Positions 18,921 to 28,667 of a stretch of DNA of 64,000 bases are shown one piece after another (the first letter of the stretch is position 1; the number at the start of each line of letters is the position of its first letter). The stretch lies in contig CAVWIP010000012.1 in NCBI GenBank assembly GCA_963755125.1, positions 96,001 through 160,000 of the forward strand, written 5' to 3'. Both the position numbers and the translations under genes were made by a program. The notes beneath the pieces were generated by a model. The model searched no databases. It worked only from the letters and a program-made list of their open reading frames with translations, and was not told the DNA's origin. This stretch comes from an uncultured delta proteobacterium. GTDB lineage: Bacteria > Myxococcota_A > Polyangia > Fen-1088.

Positions 18921-19828
18921 TGGGTGTTGGTCAGCAGTTTAAGGATGGAAGCTGGGTCCAGGCCACATTCTTGTCGGTGGTAGAGTTGCGAACCATAGTG
19001 GCCCGAGGGATAGCCGCGCGCAAACCGATGCGTGAAACGGCGCGGAGTCGTCCCGGCGCACAGAAGTGCATGAGCCAAACTCGCGCCCGCGCTCCCCTGC
19101 GCAACATGTTCCTCAACCACGATGAGGTGCCCGCTTCGCCCAATATCGGCAGCAAAAGCAGCCGGGATCTCGGCAGCGACAATGGGCAGTTCTGACACGA
19201 CCCAAAGAGCGGGCTGTTGCGATTCCGGCAGGGTCTGCGCCGCCGCCAGGATGCCGCCCGCCATAGGCCCGACCACCAGCACCGCTGCGCCCCGACCTGA
19301 GAGAATTCGCCGCCAGGGGCCGTAGGCGGGCACGACAAAATCCCCGGGCGTCTCGTCGCGGCCCAGACGGAGGTACGCGGGTCGCGCCGCCGCGGTCAGG
19401 CGCGAAACCGCCTGGGGAACATCCGCGGCAAAGGCGGGAACGCAGACGGTAAGGTTGGGCAACCCGAGCAGGACGCCGTAGTCTTCAATGGCGTGGTGGG
19501 TGGGGCCCATGACCCCGTAGGCATATCCGCCGCCGTTGCCGACCAAGAAGACCGGCAGATCGTGCATGCACACGTCGTTGCGGATCTGCTCGAAGGCCCG
19601 CGCGTAGAGAAAGGGCGCAATGCTGTAGACCCATGGCCGCAGGCCGGCGCGGGCCAGACCGGCTGCAACCGACACCATGTTCTGCTCGGCAATCCCGGCG
19701 TTGATGAAACGCTCCCTGGCGGCGTCACGCAACGGCTCGAGGGCCATGAAGCCCAGATCGCCGGTGAGAAACACGAAGTCCGATTCCCGCGCGCGGGCCA
19801 GCAGGGTTCTGCTGAAGATGGCTCTCAC
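18917..19828 (-). CDS. transketolase C-terminal subunit
   Basis: FINAGIAEQNM, RAFEQIRND, GPTHHAIED, VVEEH; GTG at 19828 overlaps the upstream TGA. Confidence 0.9.
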   Translation of the reverse strand: MRAIFSRTLLARARESDFVFLTGDLGFMALEPLRDAARERFINAGIAEQNMVSVAAGLARAGLRPWVYSIAPFLYARAFEQIRNDVCMHDLPVFLVGNGGGYAYGVMGPTHHAIEDYGVLLGLPNLTVCVPAFAADVPQAVSRLTAAARPAYLRLGRDETPGDFVVPAYGPWRRILSGRGAAVLVVGPMAGGILAAAQTLPESQQPALWVVSELPIVAAEIPAAFAADIGRSGHLIVVEEHVAQGSAGASLAHALLCAGTTPRRFTHRFARGYPSGHYGSQLYHRQECGLDPASILKLLTNTQ

Positions 19829-20592
19829 AGGCGGCTCACTTCCTCGATGGCCATCTGGTACTGCTCTGCCGTCATCGGCAGATAGTGCCACTCCATCTTG
19901 TTCTCCATGAAGGAGACACCGCGGCCCTTGATGGTCCGTGCCACCAGAGCAACCGGACGATCCGCGAGAGGCGCTTTCAATGCCTGCTCGATGGCGTCGG
20001 TGTCATGGCCGTTGACTTCGCGGACCTCGAGGCCAAATTCCTTCAACTTGTTGCCCAGCGATCCCAGATTGGCCACCTCGGCGGTGGAGCCGAAGCCTTG
20101 CAGACCGTTGAGGTCCACCAGCAAGACAACTTCGCGCAGGTTGCGATGGGCGATGAAGGTCAATGACTCCCAGTTTGAGCCCTCGTTCCATTCGCCGTCT
20201 GACAGCAGGCAGAACACCCGCCCCGGCTGACCGCGCAGCCTCTTGCCCAGGGCCAGACCCGCGGCCAGACCAAGCCCGTGCCCGAGACTTCCAATGGCAA
20301 ACGGGATGTCAGGGATGCCGCGCGGGACCGGATGCCCACCCAGCTTCGTGTGATCCTTGTGAAAGGTCGCCAGCTGTTCCTCGGTAAGCCGGCCCAGCGA
20401 CCAAAGTGTGATGTACAGGGCGCCGGCCGCATGTCCTTTGGAAAGGATGAACTGGTCGTCGCGCCCCATGATCCGATGGTGCAAGGTCAGCAGCATGTCG
20501 AGCGCTGACAGGTTTCCCCCGATGTGACCCACTCCGCTCTCGAAGTGCATCTTGAGCAAGCGCAGCCTCGCTCTTCGCAGGATGTCCCTCAC
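19825..20592 (-). CDS. transketolase N-terminal (TPP-binding) subunit
   Basis: GHIGG, ILSKGH, GSLGHG, SDGEWNEGSNWE; GGAGG RBS before GTG 20592. Confidence 0.92.
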   Translation of the reverse strand: MRDILRRARLRLLKMHFESGVGHIGGNLSALDMLLTLHHRIMGRDDQFILSKGHAAGALYITLWSLGRLTEEQLATFHKDHTKLGGHPVPRGIPDIPFAIGSLGHGLGLAAGLALGKRLRGQPGRVFCLLSDGEWNEGSNWESLTFIAHRNLREVVLLVDLNGLQGFGSTAEVANLGSLGNKLKEFGLEVREVNGHDTDAIEQALKAPLADRPVALVARTIKGRGVSFMENKMEWHYLPMTAEQYQMAIEEVSRL

Positions 20593-20874
20593 AGAAATCC
20601 TCCGTCGGCACATGCCACGCGGGTCGGATCACGCCGGACGCGGAATCCCAGCACAATGACGCCACCTGCCCGTTCCCGTGCCGGGCCTAGCAGACGTACG
20701 CGCATCGCGCCAGAACAGCCCTTGACGCCATTTGCGGGTACTGATGAGGCCGTATCGACCACTCGGGACAGTCTACCCCATCACGCCCGGTCAATGTGGT
20801 CGGCAGTTCAGTCTCCACCCGTTGCACATCTCGGATCGGGCAAGGTGACAAGAAGTAGACGGTCACTGAGATGG

Positions 20875-21015
20875 GAACCCTGAGAGGGTTCGCTTCGCCC
20901 TTCGGCCCCCCCACCCGCCACCTCCTCCCCGCTCGCTTCGCTCGGCCTCGCCAACCCCTCCCGCGCTCTGGCTCCGGCGGGCCAAGCCCGCCTTCGCCTA
21001 CGCGATCCAGCCGGA
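20875..21015. repeat. REP-like multi-hairpin intergenic element
   Basis: Hairpins GAACCC-N5-GGGTTC (20875-20891) and GGCGGGC-CAA-GCCCGCC (20976-20992), repeated CGCTTCGC; only one copy in the window. Confidence 0.4.
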
Positions 21016-21032
21016 ACCACCGCCGTTCTTTA

Positions 21033-22055
21033 TCACCAGCCTGGCTCGCCCAAGAGGCTGCAGGTCTTACAGATTTCCGGCGGATCGCGCTCGGGGTCCA
21101 AGAGTTGCTGCCGCATGGTCACCAGGGTTGGGTGGTTGAAGACGACGTCAGGGGCAGCATCGAAGAGATTGCTGTCAGGGCCCCGCAACATCATATCCGT
21201 GCCGCAACAGAGCCCCAGGTTGCCCAAGCTGTCACAGCTGATACGTTGCCACAACTGCGGACAGAGTTTCCTGAATCCCCCCTTCGGGATGGCAACCGGC
21301 CAGAGGCAAAAGCCAGGAAGCGCATCCTCCATTCGCCTGCGAAATTCAACATAGGCGGGAAGCGCGTCGTCGATGACCTCATCGGGCTTCGGGTCCACAC
21401 CCACGGGACGATAGATCCAGAAGCGAAGGCTGCGGCATCCCACATCACGGATGAACCGCGCGGTCCTGAGTAGCTCATCCTGATCCCCCTCCACCTTGCC
21501 GCGCGAGAGGACGATGCTCATGTGTACGGGGAAAACCCGGTTGATGCTTGAAAGATCCCGCTCGATGACCTTTCGATTGGCATCATAGAGCGAGACGTTG
21601 ATCCTGGAAATCCCGGCGCGCTTCAGTCCGGCAATGCGTTCGGCCAGCAGCAAGCCGTTTGTCGCGGTATTGACGATGTGCCCGTGTTTCACCAGATAGG
21701 AGACGATGGCTTCAAGATCGTCAACCAGCAGCGGCTCTCCCCATCCGAAATCGACCAGCAGGCAATTCTCAAGCAACGGGTTCGCGAAGAGACGTTCGAT
21801 CTTCGCCAAAGTCGCCTCGCTCTCGCGCCACGCCGCTCCCTTGTTGAGGACGTTCCCCGCATGGCAATAGCCGCAGTTGAGGTTGCAGCGCTGGGTGAGC
21901 ATCACAGCAGCGATCTGCGGCGCGTACCTGCGTATCGATGTCCTGGCCGTCCTGGGCAGGCAGCGGTACTTCAGATAGTTCCAGACCTTGGGCGCCGCAC
22001 GCAATGGGTGCACCTGGCGGCTCATCTCGTAGTAGTAGGCCGCCTTCTGTTTCAT
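21033..22055 (-). CDS. radical SAM protein with C-terminal SPASM/twitch-like Cys cluster
   Basis: CNLNCGYC, WGEPLL, TNGLLL; C-terminal CPQLW...LCC...CKTC; ATG overlaps the YfhO stop. Confidence 0.88.
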   Translation of the reverse strand: MKQKAAYYYEMSRQVHPLRAAPKVWNYLKYRCLPRTARTSIRRYAPQIAAVMLTQRCNLNCGYCHAGNVLNKGAAWRESEATLAKIERLFANPLLENCLLVDFGWGEPLLVDDLEAIVSYLVKHGHIVNTATNGLLLAERIAGLKRAGISRINVSLYDANRKVIERDLSSINRVFPVHMSIVLSRGKVEGDQDELLRTARFIRDVGCRSLRFWIYRPVGVDPKPDEVIDDALPAYVEFRRRMEDALPGFCLWPVAIPKGGFRKLCPQLWQRISCDSLGNLGLCCGTDMMLRGPDSNLFDAAPDVVFNHPTLVTMRQQLLDPERDPPEICKTCSLLGEPGW

Positions 22056-24382
22056 GCGAGCACCGGGTCGCGGTGGGCTCCCTTCCCGCAATTCCTCTGT
22101 CGCCACAACGGTGGGATCAGAAACCCTCCCAAAAAGACGATGAGACTGCCGAGCGATACCCAGAATCCGACGACCACGGTCACTGGCTGGAAACGGAAGC
22201 TGACCCGGTGGTCGCCGGCTGGAACCACCACCGCCCGCTGGGTGACGTTCGCCCGATAGATGGGAGTTGCGCTTCCGTCAACCTTGGCAATCCAACCCGG
22301 ATAGTACGAATCGGAAAATACCAGCATCGCCGCCCGCGCAGTGTGCACCCTCATCTCGGCCTGGTTGGTCGTGTAGCGCACGAATTCCACGGTCCCGCCG
22401 GTACTCTCGCCCGGCTGGTAGTTTGGTGGCTCGGCATCGAGCAGGACCGAGTGCTCCGGGTCAAATGCATCAGAAGCGATCATCCTCAGCGCAAGCCTAC
22501 CATCCGGCACCGGCACAATCCCGTCCACCAGATACGCCCGCGGCAGAAAATCATCGTATTGATACAGGTACGCGCCACCATACACGCCCAGCGCTCTCTG
22601 CTTCCCGGCCGGAGAGAGGGGCCAGAACGACGTGAGATACTTCACGTTGTACATGCGCATCAACTTCCAGAACAGCGAGGTCGGCCGAAAATTTTCGTCC
22701 TGGACCGACCCGGTTTGCGTGATGAGGCCGGCACTGTTCTGGTCACCCCAGATATCAACGATGTAGCTCGGCGTCAGATTGGCATAGCCATTGGGCGAAG
22801 ACAGCCCGTACAGTACGTTGCTGCTCGGCTGGAGGAACTCACGCTGCTCGACGAACGGCTGCAGATCCCCTTCCCAGCCGCGTGCCTGCGCGAACATTTT
22901 CCTGTGCGATCGATTGCCGCCCAGACAGAAGATGCGAAAGAGCGACGGATCCTGTTTGAGGATCTCGACCGTCCTGGGCGGCTTGATCCACTGTGCCATG
23001 TCGACAATCGGGTTCTGGCGAAGCTGGAAATACAGCAGGTCGCAAATGATGAGCGCCAACAAGATCGCCTGGAGCAGCAAGGACCGACGGGACTGCACAA
23101 GAACGGGCTGCCTTGATCCCAGAGTACGGGCGCCGAGCTGTTGCGCCAGCCTGGTCAATCCCAGGCACGCCAGTGCGACAAGTGAAACGTCGGTGACGAG
23201 AAGCAGCCTGGTCGGAAAGCGAAAGTAGTTCATGCCGGGAACGGTGTTGAATACGACCTTGTACAGCGGAGTTCCCGGGCCCAGCACCAGCAGGAAGGAA
23301 AGCACGGCGCTGGCGGCAAAGAACCTCGCGTGCCAGTTCTTCCACCAGCGCACCGGCGCGGAGACCGCGAGCACAAGCGTCAGCAGGCCGACGTATCCGG
23401 AGTTCTCCCAGAAAATACTCTTGCCGGTATATGTGAAATTGCCGATGTCGCCATTGCTGTAAGGGTAGAAGAACGTCCAGACGCTCTTCAGGTCATAGGC
23501 GTACTTCGAGGCATACTCGAATGTGACTCCGCCCGAGCGCTGAGAGAGGGAGACCATTTCGTAAGTGGGGATGAGTTGGACTGCGGCGAGCAGCGAACCT
23601 AGGATGAGCATTCCGGCAAACGACCAGGTGAGTTTGTTCCTGAAGACGTCGATCGCGGCCCTGACAGTGTTCGACTGCTTGGACGCCGCCCGCACCTCCC
23701 CTTGCCGGTTGAAGAGCCGCAGCGGAAAATAGAACAGATAGAGCACCCCCGAGTAATACGCGGTCTGCGCATTGCCGGCGAGATGCTGCAACCCGAACAC
23801 GATGCCAAACCACAGCAATGGGCGATGGTGATTCCGCCTGACCGCGCGCTCGAGCAGGGTCAGGGCGAGCGGCAGCCAGCAGGCGGCGTTGGCCATGCTG
23901 AGATGTTTCAGGTGGGAAATGAGGTATCCGCTGAAGCAGAACGCGATTGCCCCGACCAGGCCCGATAGGGTGCTGCCCCCGATCTCGCGCGCGTAGAGGT
24001 ACATGCCAATGCCGGCGATGACGAGGGTCAGGAGGATGGTGAGGTTGAGCGCCACGTAGGGCGAGAACAGGCCGAAGAGGGCGAGGTTGAAGGGGTAGCA
24101 GACCCCGGCCTCCGCCCGGGCGAGAAGGGGGAAGCCCCCGTAGATCTCGCGGACCCACAAGGGCCAATGGCCCGAATGGAGAGCATTGCCCAGCGAAAAG
24201 CGGTAGGGGAAATTCTCGTTCATCAGGTCGCTGGCGAAGATGTCGTCGGTGATGATCAGACCCTTCATCGACGTCAGCTTCCAGAACGCAGCGAGCACTA
24301 CCGCGGCAATGAATGCGAATGCGACCCGCGTCTGCAGTCGTGGGTCTTGCTCGACCTTCATCGCGAGGGCAGGAAATCTCAT
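22052..24382 (-). CDS. YfhO-family GT-C membrane protein
   Basis: WPLW...GGFPL, YFRFPTR, PRAYLV, SDSYYPGWIAKVDG...VPAGDHRV. Confidence 0.87.
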   Translation of the reverse strand: MRFPALAMKVEQDPRLQTRVAFAFIAAVVLAAFWKLTSMKGLIITDDIFASDLMNENFPYRFSLGNALHSGHWPLWVREIYGGFPLLARAEAGVCYPFNLALFGLFSPYVALNLTILLTLVIAGIGMYLYAREIGGSTLSGLVGAIAFCFSGYLISHLKHLSMANAACWLPLALTLLERAVRRNHHRPLLWFGIVFGLQHLAGNAQTAYYSGVLYLFYFPLRLFNRQGEVRAASKQSNTVRAAIDVFRNKLTWSFAGMLILGSLLAAVQLIPTYEMVSLSQRSGGVTFEYASKYAYDLKSVWTFFYPYSNGDIGNFTYTGKSIFWENSGYVGLLTLVLAVSAPVRWWKNWHARFFAASAVLSFLLVLGPGTPLYKVVFNTVPGMNYFRFPTRLLLVTDVSLVALACLGLTRLAQQLGARTLGSRQPVLVQSRRSLLLQAILLALIICDLLYFQLRQNPIVDMAQWIKPPRTVEILKQDPSLFRIFCLGGNRSHRKMFAQARGWEGDLQPFVEQREFLQPSSNVLYGLSSPNGYANLTPSYIVDIWGDQNSAGLITQTGSVQDENFRPTSLFWKLMRMYNVKYLTSFWPLSPAGKQRALGVYGGAYLYQYDDFLPRAYLVDGIVPVPDGRLALRMIASDAFDPEHSVLLDAEPPNYQPGESTGGTVEFVRYTTNQAEMRVHTARAAMLVFSDSYYPGWIAKVDGSATPIYRANVTQRAVVVPAGDHRVSFRFQPVTVVVGFWVSLGSLIVFLGGFLIPPLWRQRNCGKGAHRDPVLA

Positions 24383-24390
24383 TGGCCCCG

Positions 24391-25044
24391 CTACGGCAGT
24401 TCGACTGCGGCGTCGCGCGCGGGCCGAGCCAGTTCCTTGTCGATCGCGTCCTTGAACACCGAGAAAGGCTGGGCCCCCACGATCCAGTAGTGGTCGGTGG
24501 CGAAGGTTGGCGTGCTGTCCACGCCCAGGGAGGCTGCCAGAGATTCGTCTTGCTCGACCTCGTCGGCAATCTCGGGGCTGGCCCGATCGGTATCGAATTG
24601 CGCGACATCAAGACCGATGATCTGCGCATACTGGTCGAGGTCCGCGTCCGTCAGGTCGTCCTGATGAGCGAACATCTGATCGTGCATCTCCCACGCCTTG
24701 CCCTGGAGGGCCGCGGCCAGGAAGGCATCGGCCGCGTGCAAGGCATATTCGTGAATGCTGAGCGGGAAGTTCACGAAGGCCAGCGCGACGTCACTGGGAT
24801 AACTGGCCAGCACGCGCCTCACCGTGGGCTCGGCCTCCCCGCAGTACGGGCACTCAAAATCCCCGAACTCCACCAGAGTCACCCGCGCCGAGTCCGTACC
24901 GCGGCGCGGAACGTGTGCCGGAATGTCGATCGGCCCGGCGTCATACGCCGTGAGGGTCTCGGGCACCTCCGTCGCATGCACGCAACCAAGCAATACAACG
25001 GACATGCCCATCATGCAGATGGTGCCGAACCGGAGGGCCATCAA
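24391..25044 (-). CDS. DsbA/thioredoxin-family lipoprotein
   Basis: Lipobox LLGC, EFGDFECPYC, GVDSTPTF cis-Pro loop. Confidence 0.88.
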   Translation of the reverse strand: MMALRFGTICMMGMSVVLLGCVHATEVPETLTAYDAGPIDIPAHVPRRGTDSARVTLVEFGDFECPYCGEAEPTVRRVLASYPSDVALAFVNFPLSIHEYALHAADAFLAAALQGKAWEMHDQMFAHQDDLTDADLDQYAQIIGLDVAQFDTDRASPEIADEVEQDESLAASLGVDSTPTFATDHYWIVGAQPFSVFKDAIDKELARPARDAAVELP

Positions 25045-25086
25045 CTCATTTATTAGCAGGCAAGCAAGAAGACCGCCACCTCCCAG

Positions 25087-25950
25087 TCAGACCAGCTTGC
25101 CGAGCACGCTCTCCAGCGTGGTGGGTCCGCGCACGTGCCTGGAGTCGCCACCCTGGAAGCGCATGAGCCCGGTGTCCAGACCGTGCGCCATCTCCTTGAA
25201 CAATCCCGCCATGTTCTCCGACAGCCCGCTCTGCAGCAGCGTGGGAATCACGCCCTCGTTGGGCACGCGCACGGCCTCGACCGGCCGGCCCAGGTGCTTG
25301 GCCAGGATACGCGCGGCATCGGCGTAGCTGGATTCCTGCAGCGCCTCGAGCTCGATGATCTCCTTGTGCGCAGGTGGTTCCAGCAACGCCTGGGCTGCAG
25401 TACGGCCGATGTCCGCAGTGGCGATCATCGCGATGCGACGGTTGGGTTCGAACAGGCAAGGCAGGACGCCCTGAGCGCGAGCCACCGAAACCAGCGAACC
25501 GATGTTCTCCATGAAGTACGCCGCGCGGACGAAGGTCACGCGGGACGCGCGCAGGCTGCCCAGCCGGATCTCACCCTCGTGCAAGAGCGCCACCGGCCCT
25601 GTTCCCTTTTCGTGCTGCGCCCCGATGGACGAGAGAAACACCGCGTGCGGAACACGGGCGCTCGCCAACGCCTCGGTCATGGCCCCGAGCAAGTGGCGGC
25701 CACGTGCCATGAAATCGGTCGCCGCAAAGTCGGGAGGAACCAGCAGATAGGCGCCTTCGACCCCCTGCAAAGCGCGCGTCAGCGCCGCTGCATCGTCCAG
25801 CGATGCCACTGCCACCTCGGCGCCCTTCTCGCGCCAGGGCAAACCCTTGTCTTCGCTGCGCACGAGGACGCGTATCGGCTGTCTCTTCTCCAGCAGCGCT
25901 GTGGCAGCCGCGGCGCCAGTCTTTCCAGATACGCCCGCAATCAAGTACAT
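25087..25950 (-). CDS. NmrA-family NAD(P)-binding protein
   Basis: GVSGKTG, FLSSIGA, RAAYFMEN, MIATADIG; GGAGG RBS before ATG 25950. Confidence 0.9.
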   Translation of the reverse strand: MYLIAGVSGKTGAAAATALLEKRQPIRVLVRSEDKGLPWREKGAEVAVASLDDAAALTRALQGVEGAYLLVPPDFAATDFMARGRHLLGAMTEALASARVPHAVFLSSIGAQHEKGTGPVALLHEGEIRLGSLRASRVTFVRAAYFMENIGSLVSVARAQGVLPCLFEPNRRIAMIATADIGRTAAQALLEPPAHKEIIELEALQESSYADAARILAKHLGRPVEAVRVPNEGVIPTLLQSGLSENMAGLFKEMAHGLDTGLMRFQGGDSRHVRGPTTLESVLGKLV

Positions 25951-25969
25951 CACGTCCTCCTTGCTTGGG

Positions 25970-26539
25970 TCACTCCAGGTGAACGGTGCCCTCGGCCAGG
26001 ATCTGATCGCGGGCGCCTTGCGCCTGAACCACGCGCACGAGATAGGTGTGCGATGGCTCGAATCCCTCCTCGGGCAAGAGCAGGAAGCGCATGCCAAGGT
26101 CGCGGCCTGGATTCATGCTCACCGTCCACAGTGCCTTCGCCTCTTTGTGCTCGATGCTCTCCTGATCGTCGCGGTCGAACACCGCCACGACGATCGGCCC
26201 GTGATCGGATCGTGCCTTAAACCGGGCTACCATCTCAACCTGCCACGGCTGGTCAGCGCCGGCAGCGCCCAGACCTCCTTTTGCCGCTAGCTGGATGCCT
26301 CGCGCCAGAACCGTCACGTCGGGTCGATTCTCCGAAACCTCCACGCCCCCAACGGTGGAGCTTCCTCCCGGGGCCACGCAGACCGAGCCGAGCCGCGAAC
26401 ATTCGCGCTTCTGGTCGCGAGAGACCAGGAAGACCCGTGGGGTTTCGTCCATCACCTCGACGCTGGGAACCTCCCAGGGTTCCAGCATGGACGGCACTTC
26501 GGTTTGCGCCAACGTCATCAGGATGACTTGAGCCAACAT
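25970..26539 (-). CDS. hypothetical protein
   Basis: 189-aa ORF with GGAGG RBS, co-oriented with neighbours. Confidence 0.65.
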   Translation of the reverse strand: MLAQVILMTLAQTEVPSMLEPWEVPSVEVMDETPRVFLVSRDQKRECSRLGSVCVAPGGSSTVGGVEVSENRPDVTVLARGIQLAAKGGLGAAGADQPWQVEMVARFKARSDHGPIVVAVFDRDDQESIEHKEAKALWTVSMNPGRDLGMRFLLLPEEGFEPSHTYLVRVVQAQGARDQILAEGTVHLE

Positions 26540-26673
26540 GAAACACCTCCCGCCCTGCTTCGCTTGCTGGGCACTCGCCTATTCAGATGCCAGGTACGGC
26601 AAAGCGGTTCGCCGTCAGACGGCGGCAAGGCCTCATGAGTCGACGCAAAAACTTCGCGTTTCTGGCGGATCGG

Positions 26674-28650
26674 TCAGCGGTAGAAGGCCACTTCGACGTT
26701 GTACGCTTGCGTATCCGAGGTGGTGCCGTCGGCCGAGGTCGCATAGTAGATGAAGCTGGAGGCGCCGAAACCAGAATCGGCAGCCGCAACCACCGGGTTC
26801 CACGCCCGCAAGTTTGCCCTCTGACCGAGCTGGACCTGAGGCTGCCACGTCGCACCTTGCAGGCGGCTGGCATAGGCACCCCAGGTCGTGTCATTGACCT
26901 GCTTGGACCAGACCACCAGCACGTTCCCTTGCGCATCAGCGGCCAAATTGGGATACGGCATCTTGGTGACGTCCAAATAAGACGCCACGTTGTCGGTCTC
27001 CAGCGGGGTGATGTCGCTCCATGTCCCGCCCACCTGGCCATGGATGGCCACGGCGTTGTAGCCGCTGGTCGAAAGCGACTGGGCCCAGGCCACAGTGAGG
27101 TTGTCCTGGTCATCAAGAGCCGAGCCGATATTCGTGCAATCGGCGTTTCCCTTGATCTTCTGGGGCGAACTCCAAGCTCCTCCGGTCTTGTAGGTTGAGA
27201 CCCACAAGCCGGTACTTTCGCCCCAGGACACCACCGCATCGCTGTTTCGATTCATTGCCACGGTCCGGTATAAGATGTCTTCCGTCAGGTTGGTGTCCAG
27301 GATCTGCGGCGCGGTCTTGGTCTGGCCGGTCAGGTTCACGACGCCGACGCTGATGTTCTGGTCGGCATCGTATTCGTCGAACACGACAACCGCGTCCCCG
27401 GTTCCGCCGACGGCCAACACCGGTGGCGAGTAAGCGTTGACCTGGGGGTTGCTGGGGCTGTTGACGTCGAGCACCGGGGCGGGGTCGGCGGTCCACGAAG
27501 TCCCGTCAAAGTAGGCGACGTAGTGATCTTCCTGGTTTGAGCCTGGCTGGCCCGAGTAGACGATACGCGCAATCCCGTTGCGGGCCACGCCCAGCTGCAC
27601 GTTGAACACCGTCCCGCTCGCGATCAGCACTGGAGGCGACCATGTCGCGGCGACAGAGGAGTCGGCACGGCTGGCCCACACGCCCGCCACGGATGTGGTG
27701 CGGTCCATGCCCCATACCACGCTGACATGCCCCGCGGCATCTGCCCCAATCCCGATTTCACCGGAGGTCAGGTCACGGTCATCGATCACCGTGGTTGATC
27801 CCCATGTGCCGCTTTGCCGATCCCAGCGCTTGACCTTCACTGCGTAGTCCTCGGTCCAGGCGACATAGACGTTCTCGGCGATCGGTTCAACTGCGACGGC
27901 GAAGGTGTACGACCGGTCGATGATGTCGTTTTCCACGTTGCTGGCGGGCTGCCAGGTCGGAAACGGCGAGGCATCGGTCTCAGTTTCACCGGTGTCAGAT
28001 CCCGCGTCAGCGATCGGGGCGTCGACAGCGGGCCCGTCACTGGGAGGCAAAGGAACGTCGGGGAGGTTCACGTCGACTGCGGGGACATCAACGTTGCCGC
28101 CGTCGGGAGTGCCGGGAGCGGATTCGGCGCCGCCCGCGTCAACGGCCAACAGATCAGCGCTGCCACCCTCTGGCACGATCGGCGCAACATCCGAAGTCGC
28201 CAGATCTGGTAGCAGGACATCAGGCGAACCCGCGTCGAGTCCAGGAGTAACGGTGCCGGTGGCGGGCTGCAAGGTCAATGCGTACGGCCCATCGGTCTGC
28301 CCGGCCACGATACGCTGATTACCTAGGGAGGCGGTCGCCATCTCCCCACCCTGTGTATCCAGGCCCGCCGCGGCTATGTCAACCAAGTGAGGCGCGCCAT
28401 CTGGCAGATACACTCCGGCATACAAGATGTTTCCCTGGGCCTTCGACCAAGGAAAGCTGCCCGAGGCGACCGGGGCACCGTTCGACGTCACCGTCACTGT
28501 CACAGTGACAGGAGGAGTTTGGCTCACTTGAGAGTCTAACGACACATTGACCTCGACCAGCGTCCTCTTGCTGCTCGAGCATGCGACAGCCAAAGCCATG
28601 GCCAGAACAATCAGCGCCGGCTTTTCCGCGATTCCACGCAATAAGTTCAT
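26674..28650 (-). CDS. large surface lipoprotein with acidic linker and beta-propeller-like repeats
   Basis: Lipobox LAVAC, DAG/PD-rich linker, repeated TW-S-x-P blades; AGGAG RBS before ATG 28650. Confidence 0.75.
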   Translation of the reverse strand: MNLLRGIAEKPALIVLAMALAVACSSSKRTLVEVNVSLDSQVSQTPPVTVTVTVTSNGAPVASGSFPWSKAQGNILYAGVYLPDGAPHLVDIAAAGLDTQGGEMATASLGNQRIVAGQTDGPYALTLQPATGTVTPGLDAGSPDVLLPDLATSDVAPIVPEGGSADLLAVDAGGAESAPGTPDGGNVDVPAVDVNLPDVPLPPSDGPAVDAPIADAGSDTGETETDASPFPTWQPASNVENDIIDRSYTFAVAVEPIAENVYVAWTEDYAVKVKRWDRQSGTWGSTTVIDDRDLTSGEIGIGADAAGHVSVVWGMDRTTSVAGVWASRADSSVAATWSPPVLIASGTVFNVQLGVARNGIARIVYSGQPGSNQEDHYVAYFDGTSWTADPAPVLDVNSPSNPQVNAYSPPVLAVGGTGDAVVVFDEYDADQNISVGVVNLTGQTKTAPQILDTNLTEDILYRTVAMNRNSDAVVSWGESTGLWVSTYKTGGAWSSPQKIKGNADCTNIGSALDDQDNLTVAWAQSLSTSGYNAVAIHGQVGGTWSDITPLETDNVASYLDVTKMPYPNLAADAQGNVLVVWSKQVNDTTWGAYASRLQGATWQPQVQLGQRANLRAWNPVVAAADSGFGASSFIYYATSADGTTSDTQAYNVEVAFYR

Positions 28651-28667
28651 GGGTCGTCTCCTGGTAT

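Noticed and set aside
20740..20770. Hammerhead ribozyme (CTGATGAG core)
   Set aside because: No matching stem II and GAAA follow.
21033..22055. RiPP maturase role for the radical SAM enzyme
   Set aside because: No precursor peptide, RRE domain or peptidase/transporter nearby; context is glycosylation.
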